Shown piece after piece: positions 19,042 through 28,900 of a DNA stretch of 64,000 bases. Position numbers and translations under genes: made by a program. Under the pieces are notes generated by a model. That model had not been told where the DNA came from. It did no database searches and saw only the letters and a program-made list of their open reading frames with translations. Location of the stretch: contig DAOUIF010000030.1 of NCBI GenBank assembly GCA_034423575.1, positions 9,044 through 73,043 on the forward strand. Direction: 5' to 3'. Source of the stretch: Dehalococcoidia bacterium (GTDB taxonomy: Bacteria; Chloroflexota; Dehalococcoidia; Lucifugimonadales; UBA3495). Numbering within the stretch: the first letter of the stretch is position 1; each line of letters opens with the position of its first letter.

Positions 19042-19701
19042 CAGTCCCCTCTTGCCTGTTCTGGCGTGTGTTCGCGTGCAATTAGAAATTCCATAATATG
19101 TCACTTCGTTAATATCACAATACTCATTGTCTGTCATTATCACTCTATGGGACCAAACGCCGTCATCGACGATCAGGGATCCGCGGATGTACGTGGTGGA
19201 GACGAGTAGTGGATACAGGTGACAGGCCTGCCGGATACCGTAATGGCGCAGGCTTTGCGGAGCGCAGGGGCTCGTGTGCATTGGCTGGAATGTTTAGTTG
19301 CCACGAAAGTTAAAGGAGCCTCGGGACACAAGCGAGAATGGCGAGTTGCACGCGACGAATACAACCGTCCTTACCGCCTAGCTTGGTCAACGCTCCCCGC
19401 TGGCTCTCACACCAACATGTCCTGTTCAGGCGCGCGGTTCCGCTCCCCTTCGGTGGTCCGCGATGCCGCCGATGGATAGAACAGCCGAGTCGTGAAGGGT
19501 GTGGGTAGCGGCGGACACGTGAGGTTGACGGGCCTCTTTGACGGGCTGCATACTCGCTCTCGCCAGCCGACCGGGGCTGCGAATTTGACACTCGCCAACC
19601 GGTTCCGAGCTTCCAATCTGCAGGGGCCGCGGTTGTATATCGACGGACCGCCCGGATAATTGGCAGACCGGAACCCATTCTGCTCAAGAGGGAGGTGAAC
19701 C

Positions 19702-22167
19702 GTGGCAGGACCATGTACCGGCCTGACCGTCCTGGATTTGTCGATGGGGATGCCCGGGGCCCTCTGCACCCTGGTGTTGGCCGACTATGGGGCCGAGGTG
19801 ATCAAGGTTGAACCTCCCGGCGGGGATCCGTTCCGCTTTCAGCCGGCTTGGATCTCGTGGAACCGGGGCAAGAAAGGCATCGTGCTTGACCTCAGTTCCG
19901 CGGAAGGCCGGGAGCAGGCCATCCGGCTGGCCGCCGAGGCCGACGTGCTCGTGGAGTCGTTTCGCCCGGGAGACATGGCGGACTGGGGCCTGGGGTACGA
20001 CGATCTGTCGCGGCTCTATCCGAGGCTGGTCTACTGCTCCATCACCGGCTTTGGGCAAAAAGGACCGCTCCGCCGGGTGAAGGGATACGAGGGCGTCGTT
20101 GCGGCTAAGGCCGGCCGCATGCTCAACCTGGAAGGACAACCCAACCGCGAGGGTCCGGTCTATTCGGCGGTGTACACCGGCAGCTGGCACGCCAGCCAGG
20201 CCGCAGTGCGCGGCATCCTGGGCGCACTCCGTGTGCGGGACATGTGCGGGAGCGGGCAATGGGTGCAGACCAGCATCGTCCAGGCCCTAGCATCGCCCCA
20301 CGACAACAACGTCGGCGATGGCGGGCTGGTGAACATGCAGCTCCGGCGCCTGGACCCGGACCGGTTTCCCGCGAGACCCCGCGGCCGTGGCCTGTCGTCC
20401 ATCGGATATGTTCCCGTGCGCACCAGCGAGGGCGCATGGCTGCAACACGCCAACCAGCGGGTGCCGCACATTCAGGGACACCTCAGGACCATTGGCCTGG
20501 ACGACCTGCTCGAGGACGAGCGCTTCGCCAGGGTTCCGGCTCTGAATTTTGAAAACCAGGAACTGCTGCGACGGGAGATACTGGGCAAGCAGTCGGAGAA
20601 GACCGCCGACGAGTGGATGGAGATTTATCTCGATGACGGCAACATCGCTGCAGAGCCCTATCGCACCAGCGTCCAGGCCATGGACCATCCCGCGGTTGTC
20701 GCCAACGGCACGGTGGTTACCATCGACGATCCGCGCGTGGGCCCCATGCGCACCCTGGCGCCGCTGGTCGATCTCAAAGAGACTCCAGGCGAACCCAGCG
20801 GGCCGGCCCCGGATGTGGGCCAGCACAACGCGGAGGTGCAGGGACGCGTTGGGCGTTGGTCGGGCTCAGCGGCCGGCCCCGGGGTGAACGGCTCCGACGC
20901 GCCGGCTCACCCGCTGTCGGGCATTACCGTGCTGGACCTGGCAACAATCCAGGCCGGGCCCTACGGCGCCGCGCTGCTGGCGGACCTGGGGGCGCGGGTC
21001 ATCAAGGTTGACGCCACCGACCGACGACTGGACGAGGGGCGGCGCTCCACGTCCGTGGCAGTCGCCGACGCGAGGACCTACGCCGGCAAGGAGTGCATTC
21101 AGATCGACCTTCAGACTCCCGAGGGCAAGGAGATCATCCACAAGCTGATCGCGCAGGCCGATGCGCTCTCGCACAACTTCCGCCTTGGAGTGCCGGAGCG
21201 CCTCCAGGTGGATTGGGAGACCTGCCGGAAGATCAACCCGCGTATGATCCACGTGTGGATGGCTACCTACGGCGAGCACGGGCCGCACGCGCGCCGGCCG
21301 GGCGCGCATCCCATCCCCGGCGCCATCATGGGCGGCGCCATGCGACAGATGGGCCGCGGCATGCCCCCGCCTCCGGGGCAGGTGATGGACATCGAGGAGA
21401 CCGTTGAGGCAACCCGCTGGCTCATGAAATCCAACTGGGGGCCGGACCAGAACACGTCCCCCGCGGTGGCCACGGCGGTCCTGCTGGGCCTGCGAGCCAG
21501 GGAGACGACCGGCCAGGGCCAACCCATCGAGCTCACCATGCTCAACGCGAATGCGTGGACCAACGCCGACGAGTATTACGACCACAAGAACCGACCTCCC
21601 ATTGCCATGCCGGACGAAGACATCCGCGGCCTGCACGCCCTGTATCGTCTCTACCGCTGCCGGGAGGGCTGGGTGTTCCTGGCTTGTCTGTTCCAGGACG
21701 AGTGGGAGGCCTTCTGCCGCGCGGTGCAACGGGAAGACCTCCTGGCCGACTCTCGCTTTGCCACACCGGAGGCGCGACAGGCCAACGACGATGCCCTGAT
21801 CGACGAGATTTCGACGGTCCTCGCCGGCCGCACCGCCGCCGAATGGGAGGACTTGCTCACGCCGGCCGACGTGGGCTGTGTTCAGGCCGACGAGGCCGTG
21901 GAGGGCGATTTTTACGCCGACCACCCCCACGCCAGGGCCAACAATCTCAGCGTGGAGGTCGAGCACCCGCACGTCGGAAAATATCGCCGCTACGGGGGAT
22001 TGGTCGAGTTTTCCCTGACCCCGGGTGTCTACAAAACTTCCACCCAGGTTGGTCAGCACACGCGGCCCCTGCTCCGCGAACTCGGGTACGACGACCAGGA
22101 GATCGAGGACCTGGGAGCGCGGGGCGTCGTGCAGTGGGCGGACCCGTCGGCCGGCGGCGAGCCGTAG
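19702..22167 (+). CDS. CaiB/BaiF family III CoA-transferase, tandem two-domain fusion (821 aa)
   Basis: There are two complete family III N-terminal signatures: LTVLDLSMGMPGALCTLVLADYGAEVIKVEPPGGDPFR near aa 8 and ITVLDLATIQAGPYGAALLADLGARVIKVD near aa 405. GTG start after GAGGGAGG. Confidence 0.85.
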   Translation: MAGPCTGLTVLDLSMGMPGALCTLVLADYGAEVIKVEPPGGDPFRFQPAWISWNRGKKGIVLDLSSAEGREQAIRLAAEADVLVESFRPGDMADWGLGYDDLSRLYPRLVYCSITGFGQKGPLRRVKGYEGVVAAKAGRMLNLEGQPNREGPVYSAVYTGSWHASQAAVRGILGALRVRDMCGSGQWVQTSIVQALASPHDNNVGDGGLVNMQLRRLDPDRFPARPRGRGLSSIGYVPVRTSEGAWLQHANQRVPHIQGHLRTIGLDDLLEDERFARVPALNFENQELLRREILGKQSEKTADEWMEIYLDDGNIAAEPYRTSVQAMDHPAVVANGTVVTIDDPRVGPMRTLAPLVDLKETPGEPSGPAPDVGQHNAEVQGRVGRWSGSAAGPGVNGSDAPAHPLSGITVLDLATIQAGPYGAALLADLGARVIKVDATDRRLDEGRRSTSVAVADARTYAGKECIQIDLQTPEGKEIIHKLIAQADALSHNFRLGVPERLQVDWETCRKINPRMIHVWMATYGEHGPHARRPGAHPIPGAIMGGAMRQMGRGMPPPPGQVMDIEETVEATRWLMKSNWGPDQNTSPAVATAVLLGLRARETTGQGQPIELTMLNANAWTNADEYYDHKNRPPIAMPDEDIRGLHALYRLYRCREGWVFLACLFQDEWEAFCRAVQREDLLADSRFATPEARQANDDALIDEISTVLAGRTAAEWEDLLTPADVGCVQADEAVEGDFYADHPHARANNLSVEVEHPHVGKYRRYGGLVEFSLTPGVYKTSTQVGQHTRPLLRELGYDDQEIEDLGARGVVQWADPSAGGEP

Positions 22168-22230
22168 CAATCTGCCCGCTCGACACCAAAGTAATCTCAC
22201 CCGCATCCGTTTCGGGAAGGAAGGTCATAG

Positions 22231-22590
22231 TTGGCGGTACTGGTAAGTTTTGACATCGATGGAACGCTGGAGGCTGGGGATCCGCCCGGGCCAATCACCA
22301 TGGGCATGGTGCGAAAAGCCCTGTCCCACGGGTGCATCATCGGCAGTTCGTCGGACCGCCCGCTACCAGTGCAGCAGTCCATCTGGGACCGGTACCGGAT
22401 CGAGGTGAGTTTCATCTCGCACAAGCAGGACCTTCCCGATGTCAAATCGCGATTTCCTGCCGAGGCGTACTACCATATCGGCGATACCGAGATGGACCAG
22501 CAGATGGCCCTGCAAGCGGGGTTTTCATTCGTCTGGATGGATGCCGGGCATGCCGAACCCTGGATCAGGAACGGGACTGGCAAAGATTGA
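22231..22590 (+). CDS. small HAD-superfamily hydrolase-like protein
   Basis: Motif I SFDIDGTLE, motif II GSSSDRP, motif III/IV GDTEMDQ. TTG start after GGAAGGAAGG. Confidence 0.6.
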   Translation: MAVLVSFDIDGTLEAGDPPGPITMGMVRKALSHGCIIGSSSDRPLPVQQSIWDRYRIEVSFISHKQDLPDVKSRFPAEAYYHIGDTEMDQQMALQAGFSFVWMDAGHAEPWIRNGTGKD

Positions 22591-22615
22591 GCGCCCGTTG
22601 TCGTCTGACCAACGT

Positions 22616-22644
22616 CTTTAGCCAAATTGCGCTTATCGCATATA
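22616..22644 (+). promoter_or_regulatory. sigma70-like promoter for the DUF35/thiolase pair
   Basis: TTAGCC (22616-22621), a 17-nt spacer, then TATAAT (22639-22644). Confidence 0.5.
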
Positions 22645-22709
22645 ATCCGCGTCAGATGTAGCCGCTAACGGCCGAGCGCCGAGCCCAGGTTCTGTAGGAG
22701 GGGAGAACC

Positions 22710-23138
22710 ATGACGACGATCCCAGGGCTGGAAAGACCAGCCCCGGTTCCCAATGATCTCACCAGGCCTTTCTGGGATGCCTGCAACGAACGGCGTCTGG
22801 TCCTGCAGAACTGCACCGCTTGCCAGAGAATGCACTATCCGCCCGCCCAGCGGTGCGACCGGTGCGGTTTGGCCGACAACTTCGAGTGGAAAGAAGTGGA
22901 AGGCAAAGGCCACATCGACGTATACATGGTCATCCGCGACTCGCGCATCCGGGGGTTCCGGTCGGCGCAGCCGATTAACTTCGCGGTGATCACCCTGGAC
23001 GAGGACCCGGGCATCAACTTCCTGTCCAATCTGCCGGGCACCCCGCCGGGTGAGGTCCCGGTTGGCGCGCCGGTTGAGCTGATATTCGAGGAAACGAGCA
23101 CCGGCCAGTTGGTCCACGAGTGGCGGGTGGTCACCTAG
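22710..23138 (+). CDS. Zn-ribbon/OB-fold protein (DUF35 family)
   Basis: Zn ribbon CTACQRMHYPPAQRCDRCG followed by an OB-fold. This family typically partners SCP2-type thiolases. Confidence 0.85.
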   Translation: MTTIPGLERPAPVPNDLTRPFWDACNERRLVLQNCTACQRMHYPPAQRCDRCGLADNFEWKEVEGKGHIDVYMVIRDSRIRGFRSAQPINFAVITLDEDPGINFLSNLPGTPPGEVPVGAPVELIFEETSTGQLVHEWRVVT

Positions 23139-23196
23139 GCCGCACGCGTCTCGACCGATTACCGACACCATCGCAGAGAACACAAGGGGGGCTGAA

Positions 23197-24492
23197 ATGG
23201 TTAGCGACAGGAGCTGGATGCGAGACCGCGAGGGCTTGGGGCTCTGGGAACACCGGGGCAAGGTCGCCGTCGTGGGCTGGGGTCAATCCCACATCGACCG
23301 GCGCTGGGACGGTGTCTCCCTGGACCGGAGCTGCGGCGGCCTGACCAAGGAGGCATGCCTGAAAGCGATTGCAGACGCCGGGTTGTCCCTGGACGACATT
23401 GACGGGCTCATCACCAGCCCGGAGACCCGCGCTGAGCAGACCTGGGCGCCGCGCCCTTACTTCGACCCGCCCTATGACACCGAGGACGGCCTGACCTACG
23501 CCTCGGCGGAATGGATCGAGCGGGAGTTGGGTTTCAGAAACATCCAGTATCGCGTGTCCGATGCGCCCTACATCGGCCCGATGATGGGTTTGGCCGCCCA
23601 AGCGGTGGGCGACGGCCGGTGCGAGACCGCGCTGGTGTGGTACCCGATGGTCAACCTCGCCGGCCGGTACGGGCACAACAACCCCGCTAACAACAGCGAG
23701 GAGGCTCCCGGGCCCAGCGCCTTCACCCTGCCGTGGGGCTACCAGAGCGGCGCCATGTTCAACAACCTGGTGATCTTCCAGCAATACTGCAAGAAGTACG
23801 GCACGTCCCACGACGGGCTGGCCGATCTCTGCCTGAACCTGCGCCGCAACGGGCTGATGACCCCCTGGAGCTACTACGCGCTGCACGAGCCTTACCAGCT
23901 CACGCGCGAGGATTACCTGAATGGCCGCGTGATCGAAGAACCGCTGGTGATCTACGACTGTGACCGGCCGGTCAACACCTGCGCCGCCTTCATCTTCACC
24001 ACCGCCGAACGCGCTCGCGATCTCAGGCAGAAGCCGGCCTACGTCCTGAACCACGCCCAGACTGGCGGCCGGGGCAGGAGCACCATGTCGACGTTGGAAG
24101 AGCACCAGGAAGCCGTGGCAAGCCTGGCGAGGAGGATGTGGGAAGGTTCGGGTCTAGGCCCCGATGATGTCGACATCTTCAACCCTTACGACGGCTACCT
24201 CACGTTCACGCAGCAATTCCTCGAAGGATTCCAGTGGCACGGCGTGAAGCTGGGAGAGGCCCACGACTTCTACGCCGACGACATACGGGTCGAAGGTCCG
24301 CATCCCTTCATGTCCAGCGGCGGCAACAACGGAACCGGCCGGACCCGTGCCTGTCTATTCTCCGACAGCCTCGAGCAACTCCGGGGCACGGCAGGCCCGC
24401 GTCAGGTGACCACCCGCGCCGACACCGCCCTGGCCGGCTGCAACACGCCGGACAGCAACGGCTTCATCATGCTCAGCAAGCACCCGGACTAG
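23197..24492 (+). CDS. thiolase-like protein (SCP2/lipid-transfer-type thiolase family)
   Basis: 431 aa, thiolase-fold length and C-terminal domain, placed directly after the DUF35 gene. Confidence 0.75.
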   Translation: MVSDRSWMRDREGLGLWEHRGKVAVVGWGQSHIDRRWDGVSLDRSCGGLTKEACLKAIADAGLSLDDIDGLITSPETRAEQTWAPRPYFDPPYDTEDGLTYASAEWIERELGFRNIQYRVSDAPYIGPMMGLAAQAVGDGRCETALVWYPMVNLAGRYGHNNPANNSEEAPGPSAFTLPWGYQSGAMFNNLVIFQQYCKKYGTSHDGLADLCLNLRRNGLMTPWSYYALHEPYQLTREDYLNGRVIEEPLVIYDCDRPVNTCAAFIFTTAERARDLRQKPAYVLNHAQTGGRGRSTMSTLEEHQEAVASLARRMWEGSGLGPDDVDIFNPYDGYLTFTQQFLEGFQWHGVKLGEAHDFYADDIRVEGPHPFMSSGGNNGTGRTRACLFSDSLEQLRGTAGPRQVTTRADTALAGCNTPDSNGFIMLSKHPD

Positions 24493-25678
24493 GATTCAGG
24501 GCGATGGGTCTGCCCCTATCGCCCCGAAAGCCCAGCAGTCCGATGCCAGGCCCTACGCCTTTGGCCTGGGCCAGGACTTTGAAGTCGCCGTATTCGCTCG
24601 GATCCACCAACGTCATCATCGCCATGCTGCTCAGTTGAGCGCGGGCCGCGGAGAAGCCTCGGGTGTCTAGGGTGTCCAGCAATTCGTTGAAGCCGAGGTT
24701 CGCGAGGAACTGCCGTTGTAGGGTGTAGCCCACCGTGTCCAACCCGTACTGCTCGCCCGACCCGATCAGCGACGTGAAGTCCACCTGGCAGGTGATGTCC
24801 TGATCTCCGATGGCCCGGTAAGGGTCGCTGCCGATGGCGTGTCGATTGAAACAGACCAGCGTGCCCTGGGCATTGTCGGGTGAGTAGAGTTCCCCCGCCA
24901 GCTCGCCGTAGTCGATGGCGAGCACAAACCCGCGGTCCAGCGCCTCGCAAACCTGGGCGATCCAGTCCTCCATGGCGAGGTTCACCTCGCCCCGGTACCC
25001 CTCTGGCAGGGACACGCCGAGGCCGGCCAGCCGTGACTCGATGCGCGGCGAAGACGGCTCGTCCAGCACTTCGACGAAATCCTCACCCGCCGTAGTGATG
25101 AAAATCTCCCGGACGCTTCCGTCCTCGATGGCGAACCGGTGCACCGGGAAGTTGTCGATCAGCTCGTTGCACAGGACACAGCCGACGATGTTTCGGAACG
25201 CGCCAAGTCCCGCTGCCCTAACTCGTTGAATTCCCGGCATTTTGCCTGATTTGATAGGAGATACCTCCTCCAGCATCGAGTTCGACCAGTCCAACGCGCC
25301 GTGCGGTGGATCGAGTAAACCGGGCTCGTAATCCGCGGCGACATAGTAAAGCGCCTCAGCGAATCGAGGAGCCATGCGCCGGCAGGCATCCGTGATGGAG
25401 CGCGCCAAGGCCCCATCCCCTGAACCGACCTCGACCACATGGAAAACCGGAGGCTCACCCAAAAGCTCCCACATCTGCTCCAGTTGCCGTGCGATCAGGG
25501 CGCCGAAGACCGGATGACTGGTTGATGAGGTGCTGAAATGGGCGCCGATCCGGTTTCCGCGGGACGAATAAAAGCCCCCTCTGGGCGAGTACAGACAGGC
25601 ATCCATGAAACGGGCGAAAGTAATCCGCCCCTCCCTGCGGATCAGGTCCCTGATCTCCTGCTCCACGACTGAGTGCAA
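24473..25678 (-). CDS. class I SAM-dependent methyltransferase, MidA/NDUFAF7 (DUF185) family
   Basis: VVEVGSGDGAL SAM motif and typical MidA length. Its 3' end overlaps the convergent thiolase gene by 20 nt. Confidence 0.8.
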   Translation of the reverse strand: MHSVVEQEIRDLIRREGRITFARFMDACLYSPRGGFYSSRGNRIGAHFSTSSTSHPVFGALIARQLEQMWELLGEPPVFHVVEVGSGDGALARSITDACRRMAPRFAEALYYVAADYEPGLLDPPHGALDWSNSMLEEVSPIKSGKMPGIQRVRAAGLGAFRNIVGCVLCNELIDNFPVHRFAIEDGSVREIFITTAGEDFVEVLDEPSSPRIESRLAGLGVSLPEGYRGEVNLAMEDWIAQVCEALDRGFVLAIDYGELAGELYSPDNAQGTLVCFNRHAIGSDPYRAIGDQDITCQVDFTSLIGSGEQYGLDTVGYTLQRQFLANLGFNELLDTLDTRGFSAARAQLSSMAMMTLVDPSEYGDFKVLAQAKGVGPGIGLLGFRGDRGRPIALNPSPGAC

Positions 25679-25756
25679 CTTCGTCTCCTGACCCGGCCGG
25701 AATTTCGTGACGCCGGACGGGAATTGTCCTCACCCGTACCCAATTTGGCCCGATTT

Positions 25757-25847
25757 GTCATTGCGAGCGAAGCGTGGCAATCTCGTGAGGGTGACGGATG
25801 CCGCCGCTGGAACCGGATCGCCGCGTCGCTGCGCTCCTCGCGATGAC
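25757..25847. repeat. ~91-bp palindromic MITE/REP-like element, copy 1
   Basis: The ends GTCATTGCGAGCGAAGCGTGGCAATCTCG and GATCGCCGCGTCGCTGCGCTCCTCGCGATGAC are imperfect inverted repeats. A near-identical architecture occurs at 43261-43352. Confidence 0.75.
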
Positions 25848-25988
25848 AAAATGGGTACTGATGAGAGCAAGTGTCCCCTCGACACGCCCTGTTGCGCAAG
25901 GGGATAATCGCCCCCGGAGGGAATCCGTCAGGATGATGACAATAGAACCAGCCAGCGGGTGCAAACCCCTTGAGCAAGAGGTGCGACG

Positions 25989-28900
25989 ATGACGACGAGT
26001 GCAGTGCAGCAAGACCCGGCCCCGGCCCACTACATTCCTCAAGAGTTGCTGGGCGCCGTGCGGTGGCGCTGCATCGGCCCGCCCCGGGGCGGTAGGGTGG
26101 TGGCGGTCGCCGGAGATCCGGTCAACCCCGCGGTCTTCTACTTCGGCGCGTGCGCCGGCGGGGTGTGGAAGACCAACGACGGCGGCACCTACTGGGAGAA
26201 TGTTTCCGACGGCTACTTCAACACCGCCGCGGTGGGCGCAATTGCCGTGGCCCCATCCGATCCGAACGTCGTTTACGCCGGCATGGGCGAGGCCTGCATC
26301 CGCGGTGACGTGACCTACGGCGACGGAGTGTACCGGTCCACCGACGGCGGGCAGACCTGGACCAACGTGGGCCTGTCCGACACCCGGCACATCGGCAAGG
26401 TGCGGGTGCATCCCACCAACCCGGACCTGGTTTACGTGGCGGCCCTGGGCCACGCCTACGGCCCCAACAATGAGCGGGGGGTGTTCCGTTCCAAGGACGG
26501 TGGGAATACCTGGGAGAAGGTACTGTTCCGCAGCGAGAACGCCGGCGCCATTGACCTGTCCATGGACCCCAACAACCCGCGCATCCTTTACGCATCCATC
26601 TGGCAGACCCGACGCACGCCGTGGAGCCTCATCAGTGGCGGGGAGGGCAGCGGCATCTTCAAGTCCGTGGACGGCGGCGACACCTGGACCGAGATCACCG
26701 ACAATCCGGGCCTGCCCGGCGGCCTCAAGGGGCGCATCGGCGTCGCCGTTTCGCCCGCCAAATCGGGACGGGTCTGGGCCACCATCGAAGCCGAGGACTG
26801 CGGCGTGTATCGCTCCGACAACGGCGGCGACGACTGGGAATTGGTCAGCGATGAGCGGGACCTGCAGGGTCGACCCTGGTACTACCAGCACATCTTCGCC
26901 GACCCTCAGGACGCGGACACCGTTTGGATACTCAACTACCAGTGCTGGAAATCCGTGGACGGCGGCCGCAACTTCAGCCGGGTCACCACCCCCCACGGCG
27001 ACGACCACGACCTCTGGATCGACCCCAACAACCCGCTGCGGATGATCGAGGGCAACGACGGCGGCGCCTGCGTCACCTTCAACGGCGGGGAAACCTGGTC
27101 CAGCATCTACAACCAGCTCACCGCCCAGTTCTACCACCTGACCACCGACAACCGCTTTCCCCACCGGGTGTACGGCACCCAGCAGGACAATACCGCCATC
27201 AGCGTGCCGTCGCGCACCCACAAAGGCGCCATTCCCTGGGGTGACTGTTACGTAGTGGGGAACTCCGAGAGTGGGTACATCGCCCTGCATCCGAATGATC
27301 CCGACACGGTGATCTCCGGCGCCATCGGCAGTTCGGCCGGCGGTGGCGGCAACCTGCTGCATTACGACCACGCCACCGGACAGGTGCGGATCATCACGGT
27401 GTGGCCGGAGCTGTACACCGGGTGGGGCGCCAAGGACATGAGGTACCGCTTCCAGTGGACCTACCCCATCATGTTCTCCCCCCACGATCCGCAGACCCTG
27501 TACGTGGCCGGCAACGTCGTGTTCCGCAGCCGGGATTTGGGCACAAGCTGGGAGGCGATCAGTCCCGACCTGACCCGCCACGACCCTTCCACCCTGGAAC
27601 CCTCCGGCGGCCCCATAACCAAGGACACCTCCGGCGCCGAGATCTACGCCACCATCTTCGCCTTCGTGGAATCTCCGCACCAGCAAGGCGTCTTCTGGGC
27701 CGGTTCCGACGACGGGCTGGTGCACCTGTCCCGCGACGGCGGCGCGACTTGGGACCAGGTAACGCCCGACGGCCTGCCGGAGTGGACTCTCATCAGCATG
27801 ATCGAGGTCTCCCCGCATGACCCGGCCACCGCCTACATTGCGGCCACCCGCTACAAGCTGGACGACACCCGGCCCATGCTCTACCGAACCACTGATTACG
27901 GTCAAAGTTGGACGTCGATAACCGCTGGCCTGCCCGACGATGACTACACTCGCGTCGTGCGCGAGGACCCCGTCCGCGCTGGCCTGCTTTACGCCGGCAC
28001 GGAAACTGGACCTTACGTGTCCTTCAACCAGGGCGACTCCTGGCAGCCGCTCCGTGCCAACCTGCCCGTGGTCCCGGTGTACGACCTGGCAGTGAAGGAC
28101 GACAACCTAGTCGCCGCCACCCACGGGCGGTCCTTCTGGATCCTGGACGACCTGACCCAACTCCGCCAGCTCGCGCCAACCCTGGCTGATGGGTCCTTCG
28201 CTTTGCTCCAGCCGCGGGACACCTACCGGGTCCGCTCGCCCTTCCGGGACCGGAAGCCCAGCCCGGGCAAGAACTACCGCGCCGGGTTGGGCGCTGACGT
28301 CACCTACAGCGAATCACTGGGCAAAGCGGGCGAAACTGTCCGCAAGTTCTGGGACGCCGGCGAGAACCCGCCCGACGGGGCAATGATCCACTACTACCTA
28401 CAGGAGGCGCCGGAGGAAATAACGCTCACCATCCAGGACGCAAACGGCGAAACTATCCAGAGCCTGTCGAGCAAACCGCCGGAAGCTGACGCTGACGCCG
28501 GAGAATCCCGCCCGCCGGCCGAAGCCGGCATGAACCGCTTCGTGTGGAACCTCCGCTATCCGGCCGCCCGCAAGGTTCCCGAGGACAAGACCACGGAGGA
28601 TGCGGTCATCGGTCCCCTGGCGTCGCCCGGTCCATACCAGGTGTCGCTACAGGTGGGCGACGACACCCAGTCCCAGCCCTTCCAAATAGTGAGAGACCCC
28701 CGCGTGGGAGCCAGCCAGGAAGACTTCGATGCCCAGTTCAAGTTCCTGATCGAGATCCGGGACAAGGTGTCGGAGACCCACGACGGCATCAACCAACTGC
28801 GTCGGGTACGCCAGCAGGTGGACCAGTGGGTGAGTCGCGCCGACGGGCACCCTTCGGCGGAAACGGTCGGCACCACTGCGGAGTCGGTCAAGGAGAAATT

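Noticed and set aside
19267-19700. Possible tmRNA (GGGGCUCG 5' end; an ATNTTVLTA-stop reading frame near 19348-19377) or RNase P RNA (CCGCCGAUGG, GAAGGGUG).
   Set aside because: There is no UUCGAC-type 5' domain and no T-arm or CCA 3' end. The GGAAAGUCCGGGC and ACAGAAxCCGGCUUA P4 strands of RNase P are absent. The tag-like peptide lacks the usual Ala-Ala terminus.
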